DNA of 64,000 bases from Subtercola sp. (GTDB lineage: Bacteria; Actinomycetota; Actinomycetes; Actinomycetales; Microbacteriaceae): contig JAODBB010000233.1 in NCBI GenBank assembly GCA_025463745.1, forward strand, positions 202 through 64,201. The letters are read 5' to 3'. The position numbers and the translations under genes are program-made. Positions within the stretch are counted from its first letter, which is position 1, and each line of letters starts with the position of its first letter. Below are positions 1 to 10,028 of the stretch, one piece after another. Below the pieces are notes generated by a model, which did not search any database, had not been told where the DNA came from, and worked only from the letters and a program-made list of their open reading frames with translations.

Positions 1-1
1 G

Positions 2-658
2 GCAGAACTCGGAAACACCGATGTCGCCATCGGGGTGCGGGCCGACGTGACGTCGGCGCCAGACATCCAGGCTGCCGTCGACGCGTGTGTGCTGCAGTTC
101 GGCGGGCTCGACCTCGTGGTGAACAACGCAGGGCTCTCGCTCTCGAAGCCGCTGCTCGAAACCACCGAGGGCGACTGGGATCTGCAGCACAACGTCATGG
201 CGAAGGGCTCGTTCCTGGTGTCTCGGGCCGCTGCCCGGGTCTTGATCGACCAGCAGCTGGGTGGCGACATCATCTACATCTCGTCGAAGAACTCGGTGTT
301 CGCCGGCCCGAACAACATCGCCTACTCGGCGACGAAGGCCGACCAGGCGCACCAGGTGCGGCTGCTCGCGGTCGAACTCGGCGAGCACGGCGTGAAGGTC
401 AACGGTATCAACCCCGACGGAGTCGTGCGCGGCTCGGGCATTTTCTCGGGCGGCTGGGGTGCGAAACGCGCTGCGGTCTATGGCGTTCCGGAGGAGGAGC
501 TCGGCGCCTACTACGCCAAGCGCACCATTCTCGGGCGCGAAGTGCTGCCCGAGCACGTGGCCAACGCCGTCGCAGTGCTGACCGGGCCAGACCTCACGCA
601 CACCACGGGGCTGCACATTCCCGTCGACGCGGGCGTTGCCGCCGCCTTCCTCCGATGA
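2..658 (+). CDS. rhaD: C-terminal SDR domain of bifunctional rhamnulose-1-phosphate aldolase/short-chain dehydrogenase (5' truncated by window)
   Basis: Frame open from base 2; NNAG and YSATK motifs; NPDGVVRGSGIF...YYAKRT typical of RhaD/RhaEW; upstream of rhamnulokinase. Confidence 0.85.
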   Translation, partial: AELGNTDVAIGVRADVTSAPDIQAAVDACVLQFGGLDLVVNNAGLSLSKPLLETTEGDWDLQHNVMAKGSFLVSRAAARVLIDQQLGGDIIYISSKNSVFAGPNNIAYSATKADQAHQVRLLAVELGEHGVKVNGINPDGVVRGSGIFSGGWGAKRAAVYGVPEEELGAYYAKRTILGREVLPEHVANAVAVLTGPDLTHTTGLHIPVDAGVAAAFLR

Positions 659-731
659 CTCGGCCATTCGCCGCCCGTGCGACATCCCCCGCCGTGCCGA
701 CCTTCCCCCACCTCCAATCATGGAGGGTCGC

Positions 732-2216
732 GTGAGCGGAAACGTCGCCGCAGTCGACTTGGGCGCCACGAGCGGGCGCGTGATTATCGGGCATGTCGGG
801 CCGGGCGAGCTGCGGTTGGAGCAGGTGGCAAGATTTCCGAATCAACCTGTGCGTTCGAATGAAGGAGTCGGCGCCGAAGGCGAATCGCAGTACGGGCTGC
901 ACTGGAACATTCTCGAACTGTACAGGTCGCTCACCGAAGGGCTCGGCACGGCCATCCGCTCGCAGCCCGAGCTGGCGTCGATCGGAATCGATGCCTGGGC
1001 CGTCGACTACGCGCTGTTGCGCGGGGGGCGGATGCTCGGGGTTCCGTATCACTACCGCGACGACCGCACGGCGGCTGGCGTCGCGGCCGTGCACGGGGTG
1101 ATCGGTGCCGACGAACTCTATCAACGAAACGGCCTGCAGCAACTGCCGTTCAACACTGTTTTTCAACTGGCGGCCGACCGGGCATCCGGAGACCTCGCGG
1201 CGGCCGACGGGATGCTGCTGATACCCGACCTGATCGGGTACTGGCTGACGGGGGTAGCGCGTGCCGAGATCACCAATGCGTCGACGACCGGGCTGCTCGA
1301 CCCGGTGAAGCGGAGCTGGGACACCGAGCTGCTCGCACGCACGGGGGTGCCCGCTTCGCTGCTGCCGGCGCTGATCGAGCCGGGGCAGGTGCTGGGCCCG
1401 CTGCTGCCGGCGGTTGCCGCCGAACTCGGGGGCAACACCGGCGGCGCACGTGCCGCGCGCAGATCGCAGCCGATCAGCGTCATCGCGGTCGGCTCTCACG
1501 ACACCGCGTCGGCGGTCGTCGCGGTGCCTGCCACAGGCCCAGACTTCGCGTACATCTCGAGCGGAACCTGGTCGCTCGTGGGGGTCGAGCTCGATCATCC
1601 GCTGATCAGCGAAGCCGGCCGGGCAGCGAACTTCACGAACGAAGGCGGGGTCGACCGACGGGTTCGCTACCTGAAGAACGTGTCGGGGCTATGGTTGCTC
1701 TCGGAGTCGGTACGAACATGGGAACGGACATCGCGGGCCACCATCGACCTCCCCACCCTGCTCGCCCAGGCCGACGCGGTCACCAGCCCCGTCGCCGTTT
1801 TCGACGCGAGCGATGAGCGCTTCATCGCTCCCGGCGACATGCCCGCACGCATCGCATCGTGGTGCGTCGAGCATGGCATGCCCGCTCCGCAGTCACCGGC
1901 CGAATTCACGCGCTCGATCATTGAGAGCCTCGCGGCGGCCTATGCTGACACCATCGAGCTCGCTGCAAGCCTCACCGGCACGTCGATCGCCGCCATTCAC
2001 GTGGTGGGCGGCGGCTCGCAGAACGCGCTGCTCTGCCAGCTCACTGCCGACCGTACCGGGCGACCCGTGCTCGCGGGGCCGGTCGAGGCGACCGCCATCG
2101 GCAACGTTCTCGTGCAGGCCAGGGCCAACGGGATGCTCGACGGCTCGCTCGAGTCGTTGCGCGCGCTGGTCGCGGCGACGTTCGTGCCGCGGCGGTACGA
2201 GCCCCGCGGTCGCTGA
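732..2216 (+). CDS. rhaB: Rhamnulokinase (FGGY family)
   Basis: AVDLGATSGR, GSHDTASA, ISSGTWSL, FTNEGG, GGGSQN, GPVEATAIGN; GGAGG RBS at 722 before GTG 732. Confidence 0.92.
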   Translation: MSGNVAAVDLGATSGRVIIGHVGPGELRLEQVARFPNQPVRSNEGVGAEGESQYGLHWNILELYRSLTEGLGTAIRSQPELASIGIDAWAVDYALLRGGRMLGVPYHYRDDRTAAGVAAVHGVIGADELYQRNGLQQLPFNTVFQLAADRASGDLAAADGMLLIPDLIGYWLTGVARAEITNASTTGLLDPVKRSWDTELLARTGVPASLLPALIEPGQVLGPLLPAVAAELGGNTGGARAARRSQPISVIAVGSHDTASAVVAVPATGPDFAYISSGTWSLVGVELDHPLISEAGRAANFTNEGGVDRRVRYLKNVSGLWLLSESVRTWERTSRATIDLPTLLAQADAVTSPVAVFDASDERFIAPGDMPARIASWCVEHGMPAPQSPAEFTRSIIESLAAAYADTIELAASLTGTSIAAIHVVGGGSQNALLCQLTADRTGRPVLAGPVEATAIGNVLVQARANGMLDGSLESLRALVAATFVPRRYEPRGR

Positions 2217-2313
2217 CGCAGATAGGCATCCATGAGAATGTCGGGCCTCACGCAGCACTGCTCCGAACCCAGCTCACCAAACGCGCGCGACTCGTGCGCC
2301 TATGATGTCTGGC

Positions 2314-3099
2314 ATGCCGCACGAACGCGAGGACGAACCCCTCATCGCCGCGCTGCCACCGTCAATTCAGCGGGGGTCGAGCCGGCGCTACCTGACGGTG
2401 GTCGCGCGCGTACTGACCGCGATCGGCTCGGGCAACCTCAGCACCGGCGACCGTCTGCCCAACGAGCGAGCACTCGCCGAGATGTGCGGCACGAGCCGGC
2501 CGACCGTGCGCGACGCCCTTCTCGTGCTCGAGCTGTTCGGAGTGGTCGAGGTTCGGCCCGGTTCGGGATGCTACGTCGCCGACTGGAATACGCGCCAGTT
2601 CCATTCGCTTGCCACCCTCGATGCAACACCGCGCGAACTGCTCGATGCGCGCCTCAGCCTTGAGCCGACCGTCGCGGGCATGAGCGCGGGACGCCTCGAC
2701 CGCACCGGCCATAGACGATTGACGACCCTCATCGATGAGTCGGTGATGGACAAGACGCAGGTAGACAACTTCGAAGGCTACTTTCGCATCAGCCAAGACT
2801 TCCATGCCACTCTCGCCGAATACTGCGGCAACCCGTTCCTTGTGACGATGACACGGCAGCTCGTCGATGTCGTGTCGCATCCTCTCTGGACGATCCTGAA
2901 CGGCGTAAGCCTGCAGAGCGCGGAGTCGCGCGACGCCCAGGCCGTGGAGCACCGCGCCATTCTCGATGCGGTGGTAGACGGTGACGCCGAAGCAGCCAGC
3001 GCTGCCATGCACGATCACCTGCAGCGCCTCGCGCACGACCTGTTCGGCCTCGACGCGACGACGCCCGGCATCGTGCGACAGCGCCCCCGCACGCGCTGA
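2314..3099 (+). CDS. GntR/FadR-family transcriptional regulator
   Basis: GDRLPNERALAEMCGTSRPTVRDAL wHTH plus FCD domain; TATGAT at 2301 suggests a leaderless start at 2314. Confidence 0.9.
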   Translation: MPHEREDEPLIAALPPSIQRGSSRRYLTVVARVLTAIGSGNLSTGDRLPNERALAEMCGTSRPTVRDALLVLELFGVVEVRPGSGCYVADWNTRQFHSLATLDATPRELLDARLSLEPTVAGMSAGRLDRTGHRRLTTLIDESVMDKTQVDNFEGYFRISQDFHATLAEYCGNPFLVTMTRQLVDVVSHPLWTILNGVSLQSAESRDAQAVEHRAILDAVVDGDAEAASAAMHDHLQRLAHDLFGLDATTPGIVRQRPRTR

Positions 3100-3121
3100 G
3101 TGTGTCCCGGGCATCCGGAAT

Positions 3122-3132
3122 TGGTCTGACCG
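3122..3132. promoter_or_regulatory. FadR/LldR-type operator TGGTCTGACCG
   Basis: One mismatch to the TGGTCTGACCA palindrome; between regulator and ABC operon. Confidence 0.6.
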
Positions 3133-3232
3133 CAGTGGTGATCAAGCTTTAACGACGGGGAAACGATCCCGAGCCTTTTGGTTCTTAGCGTGGATGTATC
3201 AGCTGCCACCACTGAATTGGAAGGCTCCCCCC

Positions 3233-4282
3233 GTGCACAGATTCCGAAAGCTCCTCATCGTCGCCACCGCCATCGGCGCGCTCGCCCTCACCGGATGCGC
3301 CACCTCGGCAAGTGGCGCATCCTCGTCGGGCACTGCGAGCGCCAACACCCTGACTATCGCGTCGCCGCAGTGCGCGCATTGCCTCGCCATGGCGATGCTG
3401 CCCGGTCAGATCAGCGGCTACAACGTGCAATACCAGAACTTCAGCAAGCTCAGCGATCTCGAGGCGGGTCTCGCATCCGGTCGAATCAACGTGGGTCAGA
3501 TCGACTACACCGGTCTCGTGAGCGTGATTTCGCAGGGCCTGCCTATCGTCGCCATCAGCGGCGAGGTGAACGGCGGATCAGATCTCCTGGTCGCCCCCTC
3601 GGTCAACCTACAGCCCGATGATTGGGCCGGCTTCAAAGCCCTCGCGGCACAGCGCAAGGCAGCGGGCAAGCCATTCACGATTGCCTCGCAGTTCGGCAGC
3701 GTGCAAGACATCGAATTGCGTCTGCAGCTGCCGAAGGAAGGCATCGACCCGTCGACCGACGTCACCATCGTCAACACGCCATACGAGGGCATGGGCCAAG
3801 CGCTCAACAACGGCAGTGCGGACGCCGCTGCGGCAGTACAGCCCTTCGCCGCGTCGATCGTGAGCAGCAACCTCGGTAAGCACTTCGCCTTTCCATACGA
3901 TCAAGCGGCGGGCGACCTGACCAACGTGGTGGTCGTCTCGCAGGACTATCTCGAGAAGAACCCCGCCGCCGTGGCCGCGATCGCCGCCGGCATGGTGAAG
4001 CTCACCGACTACCTGGGCACAGATGCCGGTAAGAAGGACTGGTCGTCGGTGGTGCAGAAGTACACGAACACAGATGCGCCCACGGTCGATTCAGCACTCA
4101 CCCAGCTCAAACCCGACCTCACCATTCCGATGTCGCAGGTGCGCGCGATCGCCGACGCAATGTATGCGCAGGGCCTCATCACCACCCAGGTCACGGATGA
4201 CCAGCTGAAGAGCCATATCGACTACGACCCGCTCGCTGCGGCGACCGGCACAGCGGCCGCAGACCTAGGGCAGGCGAAGTGA
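3233..4282 (+). CDS. ABC substrate-binding lipoprotein (SsuA/TauA/THI5-like)
   Basis: Lipobox LALTG-C; GGAAGG RBS before GTG; followed by SsuC-like permease and ATPase. Confidence 0.85.
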   Translation: MHRFRKLLIVATAIGALALTGCATSASGASSSGTASANTLTIASPQCAHCLAMAMLPGQISGYNVQYQNFSKLSDLEAGLASGRINVGQIDYTGLVSVISQGLPIVAISGEVNGGSDLLVAPSVNLQPDDWAGFKALAAQRKAAGKPFTIASQFGSVQDIELRLQLPKEGIDPSTDVTIVNTPYEGMGQALNNGSADAAAAVQPFAASIVSSNLGKHFAFPYDQAAGDLTNVVVVSQDYLEKNPAAVAAIAAGMVKLTDYLGTDAGKKDWSSVVQKYTNTDAPTVDSALTQLKPDLTIPMSQVRAIADAMYAQGLITTQVTDDQLKSHIDYDPLAAATGTAAADLGQAK

Positions 4283-5250
4283 TGGATCAGCTCGTAGAGC
4301 TGCCTGCAGCCGAAGGCGCGCTACCCTCCGCGACCGCGGCCTCCGGGCGTCGGCTCGAGGGCACACGTGCAGGCGTCGGAGGCACCCGCGGCACAGGGGG
4401 TGCCTCTGACACAGGCGGAGGAAGACGCGCTGCAGCGGGCGGCTCCGGCCGCAGCGTTGCGCTGATGGTTCGCCGCATCGTTCTCGGTGTCAGCGTGCCG
4501 ATCGCCGTCATAGTGGTATGGGAGACGATCGCGCAGATGCAGATCATCCCAACCGCACTCCTGCCATCGCCCCAGGCTGTGGTGGGAGCCATCGGCATCT
4601 GGGCGATGGGCGGCTCGAATGTCTTCTACAGCGGGTTGTTACTCGGTGACCTCGGCGCGACCCTCGGGCGCGTGCTCGGCGGGTTCGCTCTCGCCGCGGT
4701 GGTGGGAGTCGGCATCGGCGTGCTGATCGGCCGCTCGCGCATCATGGAGGAGATCTTGCTGCCGACGTTGCGGGCGCTCGGCCCGGTGCCGCCCACCACG
4801 TGGATTCCCATCGCGATCGTCTTCTTCGGCCTCGGCGAACAGACGAATATCGCGCTCACCTTCATCGGAGCCGTGTTCCCGGTCGTTGCGTCAAGCACGG
4901 TCGCCGTGCTCGGCGTCGACCGCACGCTGCTGCGCGCGGGGCGCATGATGGGGTACGGCACGCTCAACCTCACGGCACGCATCGTGGTGCCCGCGGCGCT
5001 GCCGGGCATCGTCGGAGGCTTGCAGATCGGCCTCGGTCTCTCGTGGATGATGGCCGTCACATCTGAGATGCTCGCCGTGCACAGCGGCCTTGGCTACACG
5101 CTCTGGAACGCTTACAACTACCTCAACTACCCCGGTGTCTTCGCGGCGATGGTGGTGATCGGGCTCTGTGGTCTCGCCACCGACATCCTGTTCCGCCTCA
5201 TCACGCGGCCCGTGCTGCGCTGGCACGTCGCCACTGGCGTGCGAGCCTGA
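4279..5250 (+). CDS. ABC permease (SsuC/TauC-like)
   Basis: LLPSP motif, TM helices, EAA-like loop, VTSEML...GLGY; GTGA overlap with previous gene. Confidence 0.9.
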   Translation: MMDQLVELPAAEGALPSATAASGRRLEGTRAGVGGTRGTGGASDTGGGRRAAAGGSGRSVALMVRRIVLGVSVPIAVIVVWETIAQMQIIPTALLPSPQAVVGAIGIWAMGGSNVFYSGLLLGDLGATLGRVLGGFALAAVVGVGIGVLIGRSRIMEEILLPTLRALGPVPPTTWIPIAIVFFGLGEQTNIALTFIGAVFPVVASSTVAVLGVDRTLLRAGRMMGYGTLNLTARIVVPAALPGIVGGLQIGLGLSWMMAVTSEMLAVHSGLGYTLWNAYNYLNYPGVFAAMVVIGLCGLATDILFRLITRPVLRWHVATGVRA

Positions 5251-5306
5251 CTCGGCATCCGCGCTGCGAGTTCGCCCCGCTCCACCGTTCCACAGAAAGG
5301 AACCCC

Positions 5307-6086
5307 ATGTCTGAAATCGTGCTCGAGGCCGTTTCGAAGCAATACCGGCAACGCAAGCGCATCGTGACAGCCCTCGCCGGCTGCTCGTTGCGGGTAGAAG
5401 AAGGCGAGTTCGTCTCGCTGCTCGGCCCGAGCGGCACGGGTAAGACAACCGTGCTGAACCTCGTGGCGGGCTTCGAAGAGGCGACTTCCGGATCGGTGCG
5501 AGTAGGCGGTCGCGAGGTGCGCGGCCCCGGTCGCGACCGCGCCGTGGTCTTCCAGAGCCCGACGCTCTTGCCCTGGCTGAGTGCCCTCGACAACGTGATC
5601 GCCGCAATGCCTCCGGGCGGATCGCGCGCTGACCGTAAGGCGACGGCGCAAGCGCAGCTTGAAGACGTCGGTTTGCACGACGCCAGCGGTCGCAAACCGC
5701 ACGAGATGTCGGGGGGCATGCAGCAGCGCGTCGGCATCGCCCGCGCACTTGTGATGGAGCCCGCTGTGCTGCTCATGGACGAGCCGTTCGCTGCCCTCGA
5801 CTCCTACGTGCGCCGAGAGATGCAAGAACTCGTGGTGCGCATTCACGCCGAGCGACGGATGACCACCCTCTTCATCACTCACTCTGTCGAGGAGGCCATC
5901 ATCGTGAGCGACCGCATCGGCATTATGGCGGCTGGATCGTCGCACGCGAGTTTCGATGTGCCATTCGACTATCCGCGAGATGCCACCGAGCTCGACTTCA
6001 ACGGCTTGCGGCGCTTGGTGCAGAACACAGTCGAGGCGGCCGTGCGATCAGAGCGCTCCACGAAGGGCATGGACCGTGCCGCCTGA
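5307..6086 (+). CDS. ABC ATP-binding protein (SsuB/TauB-like)
   Basis: GPSGTGKT, MSGGMQQR, LLMDEPFAALD, THS. Confidence 0.95.
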   Translation: MSEIVLEAVSKQYRQRKRIVTALAGCSLRVEEGEFVSLLGPSGTGKTTVLNLVAGFEEATSGSVRVGGREVRGPGRDRAVVFQSPTLLPWLSALDNVIAAMPPGGSRADRKATAQAQLEDVGLHDASGRKPHEMSGGMQQRVGIARALVMEPAVLLMDEPFAALDSYVRREMQELVVRIHAERRMTTLFITHSVEEAIIVSDRIGIMAAGSSHASFDVPFDYPRDATELDFNGLRRLVQNTVEAAVRSERSTKGMDRAA

Positions 6087-7086
6087 GCCCTATCCGCGCG
6101 ACCTGGTGGGGTATGGCTACGCGCCGAACGGTTCACACGGCTCGGGCGCATCTCGAGCATCCGCTTGGCCGAACGCGGCCCGCATCGCGATCAGCGTTGT
6201 CGTCAACTGGGAGGAGGGTGGCGAGAACAACCCGCTGCACGGCGACGCTCTTTCAGAGTTCGAGGGCAGCGACGTGATCGGCGCGCGGCCCGATCAGACG
6301 CGAGACCTGCGCGTGGAATCAATGTTCGAGTACGGCACGCGAGCCGGGCTCTGGCGTATCGCACGCGCGCTCGAGAGCGCGGGCGTGCCGGCGACCGTGT
6401 TTGCAGTAGGCATGGCCGTGGAGCGGTATCCGGATGCTGCGCGCCGACTCGTCGGGCTCGGGCACGAGCTCTGCGCGCACGGCTATCGCTGGATCGATTA
6501 CCGGCGGGTGCCGCCCGACGTGGAGGGTGAGCACATCCGGCTGGCAATCGCCGCCATCGAGCGAGCCACCGGAGAGCGCCCGGTCGGCTGGTACACCGGC
6601 CGCACGAGCGAGAACACGCGGCGGCTGGTGGTGGAAGAGGGCGGATTCCTCTACGACTCCGACTCGTATTCCGACGACTTGCCATACTGGGAAGCTGTCT
6701 CCGGAACGCCCCATCTCGTGGTGCCCTATGCCTTCGACACCAACGACATGCGGTTCGTGAGCACGGCGGGCTTCGCATCGGGTCGGGATTTCTTCGACTA
6801 CCTCTGCGACTCATTCGACACGCTCTACGCCGAGGGCGCCACGGCGCCCAAGATGATGTCGATCGGCCTGCACGCTCGCGTCGCCGGGCGTCCGGGGCGC
6901 ACAAAAGCGCTCGCGGATTTCCTGCAGTATGCTCGCGGGCACGATGGCGTCTGGTTCGCACGGCGCCGAGATATCGCCGAGTACTGGGCGCGGGCGCATC
7001 CGCCCGCCGGCCTGGCGACGACGGGCGCGGATGCAGCGACGACGTCGGTCGTTGCATCCGCTACGGGCACCGCAACGGCGATCTGA
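6076..7086 (+). CDS. puuE: PuuE-like allantoinase (polysaccharide deacetylase fold)
   Basis: YPRDLVGYG, WPNAARIA, NWEEGGE, ESMFEYG, HGYRW, GWYTGR, YSDDLPYW, DTNDMRF, GLHAR. Confidence 0.82.
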   Translation: MPPEPYPRDLVGYGYAPNGSHGSGASRASAWPNAARIAISVVVNWEEGGENNPLHGDALSEFEGSDVIGARPDQTRDLRVESMFEYGTRAGLWRIARALESAGVPATVFAVGMAVERYPDAARRLVGLGHELCAHGYRWIDYRRVPPDVEGEHIRLAIAAIERATGERPVGWYTGRTSENTRRLVVEEGGFLYDSDSYSDDLPYWEAVSGTPHLVVPYAFDTNDMRFVSTAGFASGRDFFDYLCDSFDTLYAEGATAPKMMSIGLHARVAGRPGRTKALADFLQYARGHDGVWFARRRDIAEYWARAHPPAGLATTGADAATTSVVASATGTATAI

Positions 7087-7092
7087 GGCACG

Positions 7093-7911
7093 GTGCGTAT
7101 TCTGCTGCTGAACGTCAACACGAATGCGACGATAACGGCCCGTCTCGCCGAAGCCGCCCGCCGGGCAGCGTCGGCCGACACCGTGATCGAAGCGACTCAA
7201 CCTACCTGGGGCGTTTCGTCGGTCGAGGGCGTCTATGACGCGTACATCTCGGTGGCCGCGGGCCTTGATCGCGTACATCAGCTGCTCGGGCGCTCGTCAG
7301 TGCCGCTGCCGGACACGGGATACGAGCAACTGCTCGAGTGTGCGCCCGGGCACGTTCCGGCGCGTTCTGCCCTGTGGGACGCTTTGATCTGGGGCGGCTT
7401 CGGTGATCCTGGGGCGGATGCGTTCGGGGAGTTGCTTGCGATTCCGGCGTTCGACCTCGCGACGGCGGCCGCGCGGGAGGCTGCCGGTCGGCGATACGTG
7501 ATTCTCACGACAGTCGGAAGCATGCGCCCCTTGATCGTGTCTGTGCTTGCGTCGGCTGGAGTCGCCGCAGGGTGCGTGGGTATCGCCGACCTCGGCGCAT
7601 CCGTCACCAGCGTGGGCGGCCTGCCAGAGTCGGAGCTCATTGCAGCGCTCGCGCACCTGGCTGTCGCGACGCCCAGCGGGAAAGATGCGGAATGCTTCCT
7701 GCTCGGGTCGGCGGCCCTGGCCGGCCTCGCCCCGCCGCTAGCCGCCGCACTCGGCAGACCGGTGATCGACGGCGCGCAGGCGGCGGTGCGCCTGGCAGAA
7801 GCGGGGGCGTCGACGATCGACCTGGGCACCCACCGCTTCCCAGCAGTGAAAGCTCGCCCCGGCTGGCCGGTTTCGGCGCCGCCGATTGGGCTGCGACCCC
7901 TGCTCCGGTGA
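7093..7911 (+). CDS. Asp/Glu/hydantoin (allantoin) racemase-family protein with degenerate catalytic motifs
   Basis: MRILLLNVNTN start, FGDPG, LG-S-AAL, LGRPVIDG; follows puuE. Confidence 0.75.
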   Translation: MRILLLNVNTNATITARLAEAARRAASADTVIEATQPTWGVSSVEGVYDAYISVAAGLDRVHQLLGRSSVPLPDTGYEQLLECAPGHVPARSALWDALIWGGFGDPGADAFGELLAIPAFDLATAAAREAAGRRYVILTTVGSMRPLIVSVLASAGVAAGCVGIADLGASVTSVGGLPESELIAALAHLAVATPSGKDAECFLLGSAALAGLAPPLAAALGRPVIDGAQAAVRLAEAGASTIDLGTHRFPAVKARPGWPVSAPPIGLRPLLR

Positions 7912-7981
7912 CTATCCGACTCGCCCCGCCCCGGGCCGTCTGGGCTCGGCTCGATCAGATTCACTCGGCTCGGGCAACGGC

Positions 7982-9070
7982 TCAGAGGTCTGAGCGCCAG
8001 GCGCCCTCATAACCGATGGGCACGAAGCCGATCACCTCGTTGACGGCGAGCATGTAGCGGTTCTCTTCGGCGTTCCACGTGAGCACCGACGGATGCCCGG
8101 GGTCGACCGATTGCAAGAACTCGAGATTCGCGGTCTTGACGACCGTGCCCAAACGGTGACCGCGAAACTCGCGCAGCACGAGGGTGTCTTCTTGGCTCAC
8201 GGGCCGGCTCGGGTCGTGCGGCACAGTGAGCTGACTGAACGCGGCGAGCCGGCCGGTCGGGCGATGTTCGACGACCGTTGTGAGCGTCTGCCGCGGGCTC
8301 GCGGTGACACGTTGCTCGAAGGCTTCGACGCGAGCGGGACTCCAGATGTCTTCGGGTTCTTCGAGGCCGGCCGTCGGGGCATCTGTTGACATTCGAGTCA
8401 GCAGGGTCGCCATGTCGGCGAGCCATTCGCGGGGTGTCGGGCCGGCCCATCGATGCATCGCGTAGTCGCGGCCGGCGTCGCGTTCGGCCGATTCACGGAG
8501 TTCGGCGAGCAGAACCAGGTCGCCGGGAAGCGCGAAGCGGCTCGCGCGCTCCACCTGCTCGAGTCGGTACCCGCGGGCCAGCAAAAAGCGCACTTCGCGG
8601 TTGCCAGCGGGCACCGCACCGAAGCCGGTGGGTGGGCGGATGAGCTCGGCACCCGGGGCCGTCGAAGCAGGCGACACCGCGTAACAGATCAGCCGAGTCT
8701 GACCGAGCGAGCGTGCGTACCCCTCCACGGTGTCGGCGAGCGCCCGCCCGATGCCGTGGCCCTCGGCCTCGGGGTGCACGTCGATGTCGATCCACCCGAC
8801 CTGCGAGAGTGTACCGCCCGGGCCGAGCTGCGATTCGTGAACCGCACGCCCGACGATTCGGCCGTGCATCCGCGCCACCCACAGCACTTTCGGCTCGTAC
8901 GGGTCGTGCCACTGCGGCAGCATCTCCTCGGCCGGGTAGGCCACCTCGGTGGTGCCGTAGCCGTGCGATTCGCTCGCGTTGCGTACCTCGACCGAGGCAA
9001 CGAAGTCTGCGCCGCCGAGGCCGTCGAGCGCAGCCGGAATCGGTATCTGCTCGACCTGGAAGTCACCCAT
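7982..9070 (-). CDS. Tandem-domain GNAT acetyltransferase
   Basis: VHPEAEGHGIG; DTLVLREFRGHRLG...TWNAEENRYMLAVN. Confidence 0.85.
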   Translation of the reverse strand: MGDFQVEQIPIPAALDGLGGADFVASVEVRNASESHGYGTTEVAYPAEEMLPQWHDPYEPKVLWVARMHGRIVGRAVHESQLGPGGTLSQVGWIDIDVHPEAEGHGIGRALADTVEGYARSLGQTRLICYAVSPASTAPGAELIRPPTGFGAVPAGNREVRFLLARGYRLEQVERASRFALPGDLVLLAELRESAERDAGRDYAMHRWAGPTPREWLADMATLLTRMSTDAPTAGLEEPEDIWSPARVEAFEQRVTASPRQTLTTVVEHRPTGRLAAFSQLTVPHDPSRPVSQEDTLVLREFRGHRLGTVVKTANLEFLQSVDPGHPSVLTWNAEENRYMLAVNEVIGFVPIGYEGAWRSDL

Positions 9071-9103
9071 GCCTTCATGCTCTCGCGCCACGGCCGTGTG
9101 CCG

Positions 9104-9961
9104 CTAGTCGGTCGAAGCCACCACATCACGCCACGAGTGCTTCGGGTCGTAACCGAGCACCCGGCGGGCCTTGCTGATCGAGAGCAGCGTGGTGTTCTCG
9201 CCCAGGTCACCGCGAATCGGGGTGTCGGGAAAGACCTCGGCGACCAGTTCGGCATTCGATCGGGTCATCACCGTATCAGCCGCGGCAATGATGAACCGCT
9301 CGAAACCCGTGCCTTGCCACTCCAGAGCCTTGAGTACGGCCTGTGCTCCATCTCGCGAGTCGATGTAGCCCCACAGGTTCCATTTGCGAGCCCGGGCGTC
9401 GGCGTCAAAGGCAGGAAACGCGGCGTAATCCTCGTCGTACATCACATTCGAGAATCGCAGAGCGACGATCTTCAACTCTGGATCCCACCGGGTGAGCTCG
9501 ATTTCCAGCTGCTCTTCGAGGTGCTTGGTCAGCGAGTAGACACTCTCCGGGCGAGCCGGGTACTCCTCATCGACCGGAATGTAGGGCGGCGCCACATCGA
9601 AGGGCAGCCCCAGCACGGTCTCACTCGACGCGGTGACGATGTTCTTGATTCCCGCCCGTTTCGCCGCCTGGAGCACGTGAAAGCTCGAAACCATGTTGTT
9701 GTCGAAGGTTGCGACATCGCTCAGGATGCTCGGCGCTGGTATCGCGGCCAAGTGAACGAGAGCATCCAACCCGTCGTACCGATCGTTCACGCCCATCAGC
9801 GCGTCGACCGTCTCACCATAGTTCGTGAAGTTGACGCGAATCGTGCCGTACTCACGCTTGCCCGTCACGTCGAGGTTGAACACCTCGTGGCCGGCTTCGC
9901 GCAAAAAACTGACGACAGTGCTACCGAGCTTTCCAGAGCCACCTGTCACTGCAATTTTCAT
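9104..9961 (-). CDS. NAD-dependent epimerase/dehydratase
   Basis: VTGGSGKLG, HLAA, YSLTK. Confidence 0.9.
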   Translation of the reverse strand: MKIAVTGGSGKLGSTVVSFLREAGHEVFNLDVTGKREYGTIRVNFTNYGETVDALMGVNDRYDGLDALVHLAAIPAPSILSDVATFDNNMVSSFHVLQAAKRAGIKNIVTASSETVLGLPFDVAPPYIPVDEEYPARPESVYSLTKHLEEQLEIELTRWDPELKIVALRFSNVMYDEDYAAFPAFDADARARKWNLWGYIDSRDGAQAVLKALEWQGTGFERFIIAAADTVMTRSNAELVAEVFPDTPIRGDLGENTTLLSISKARRVLGYDPKHSWRDVVASTD

Positions 9962-10028
9962 GAGAATCAATTCCTTCGGTTGGTTTATTTTCGTGTCGCC
10001 CACCGAGAAGTGGACTCGGGCACGCTCC

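Noticed and set aside
3370-3385. CAHC as a c-type heme attachment site
   Set aside because: Heme c needs CxxCH; the residue after the second Cys is Leu
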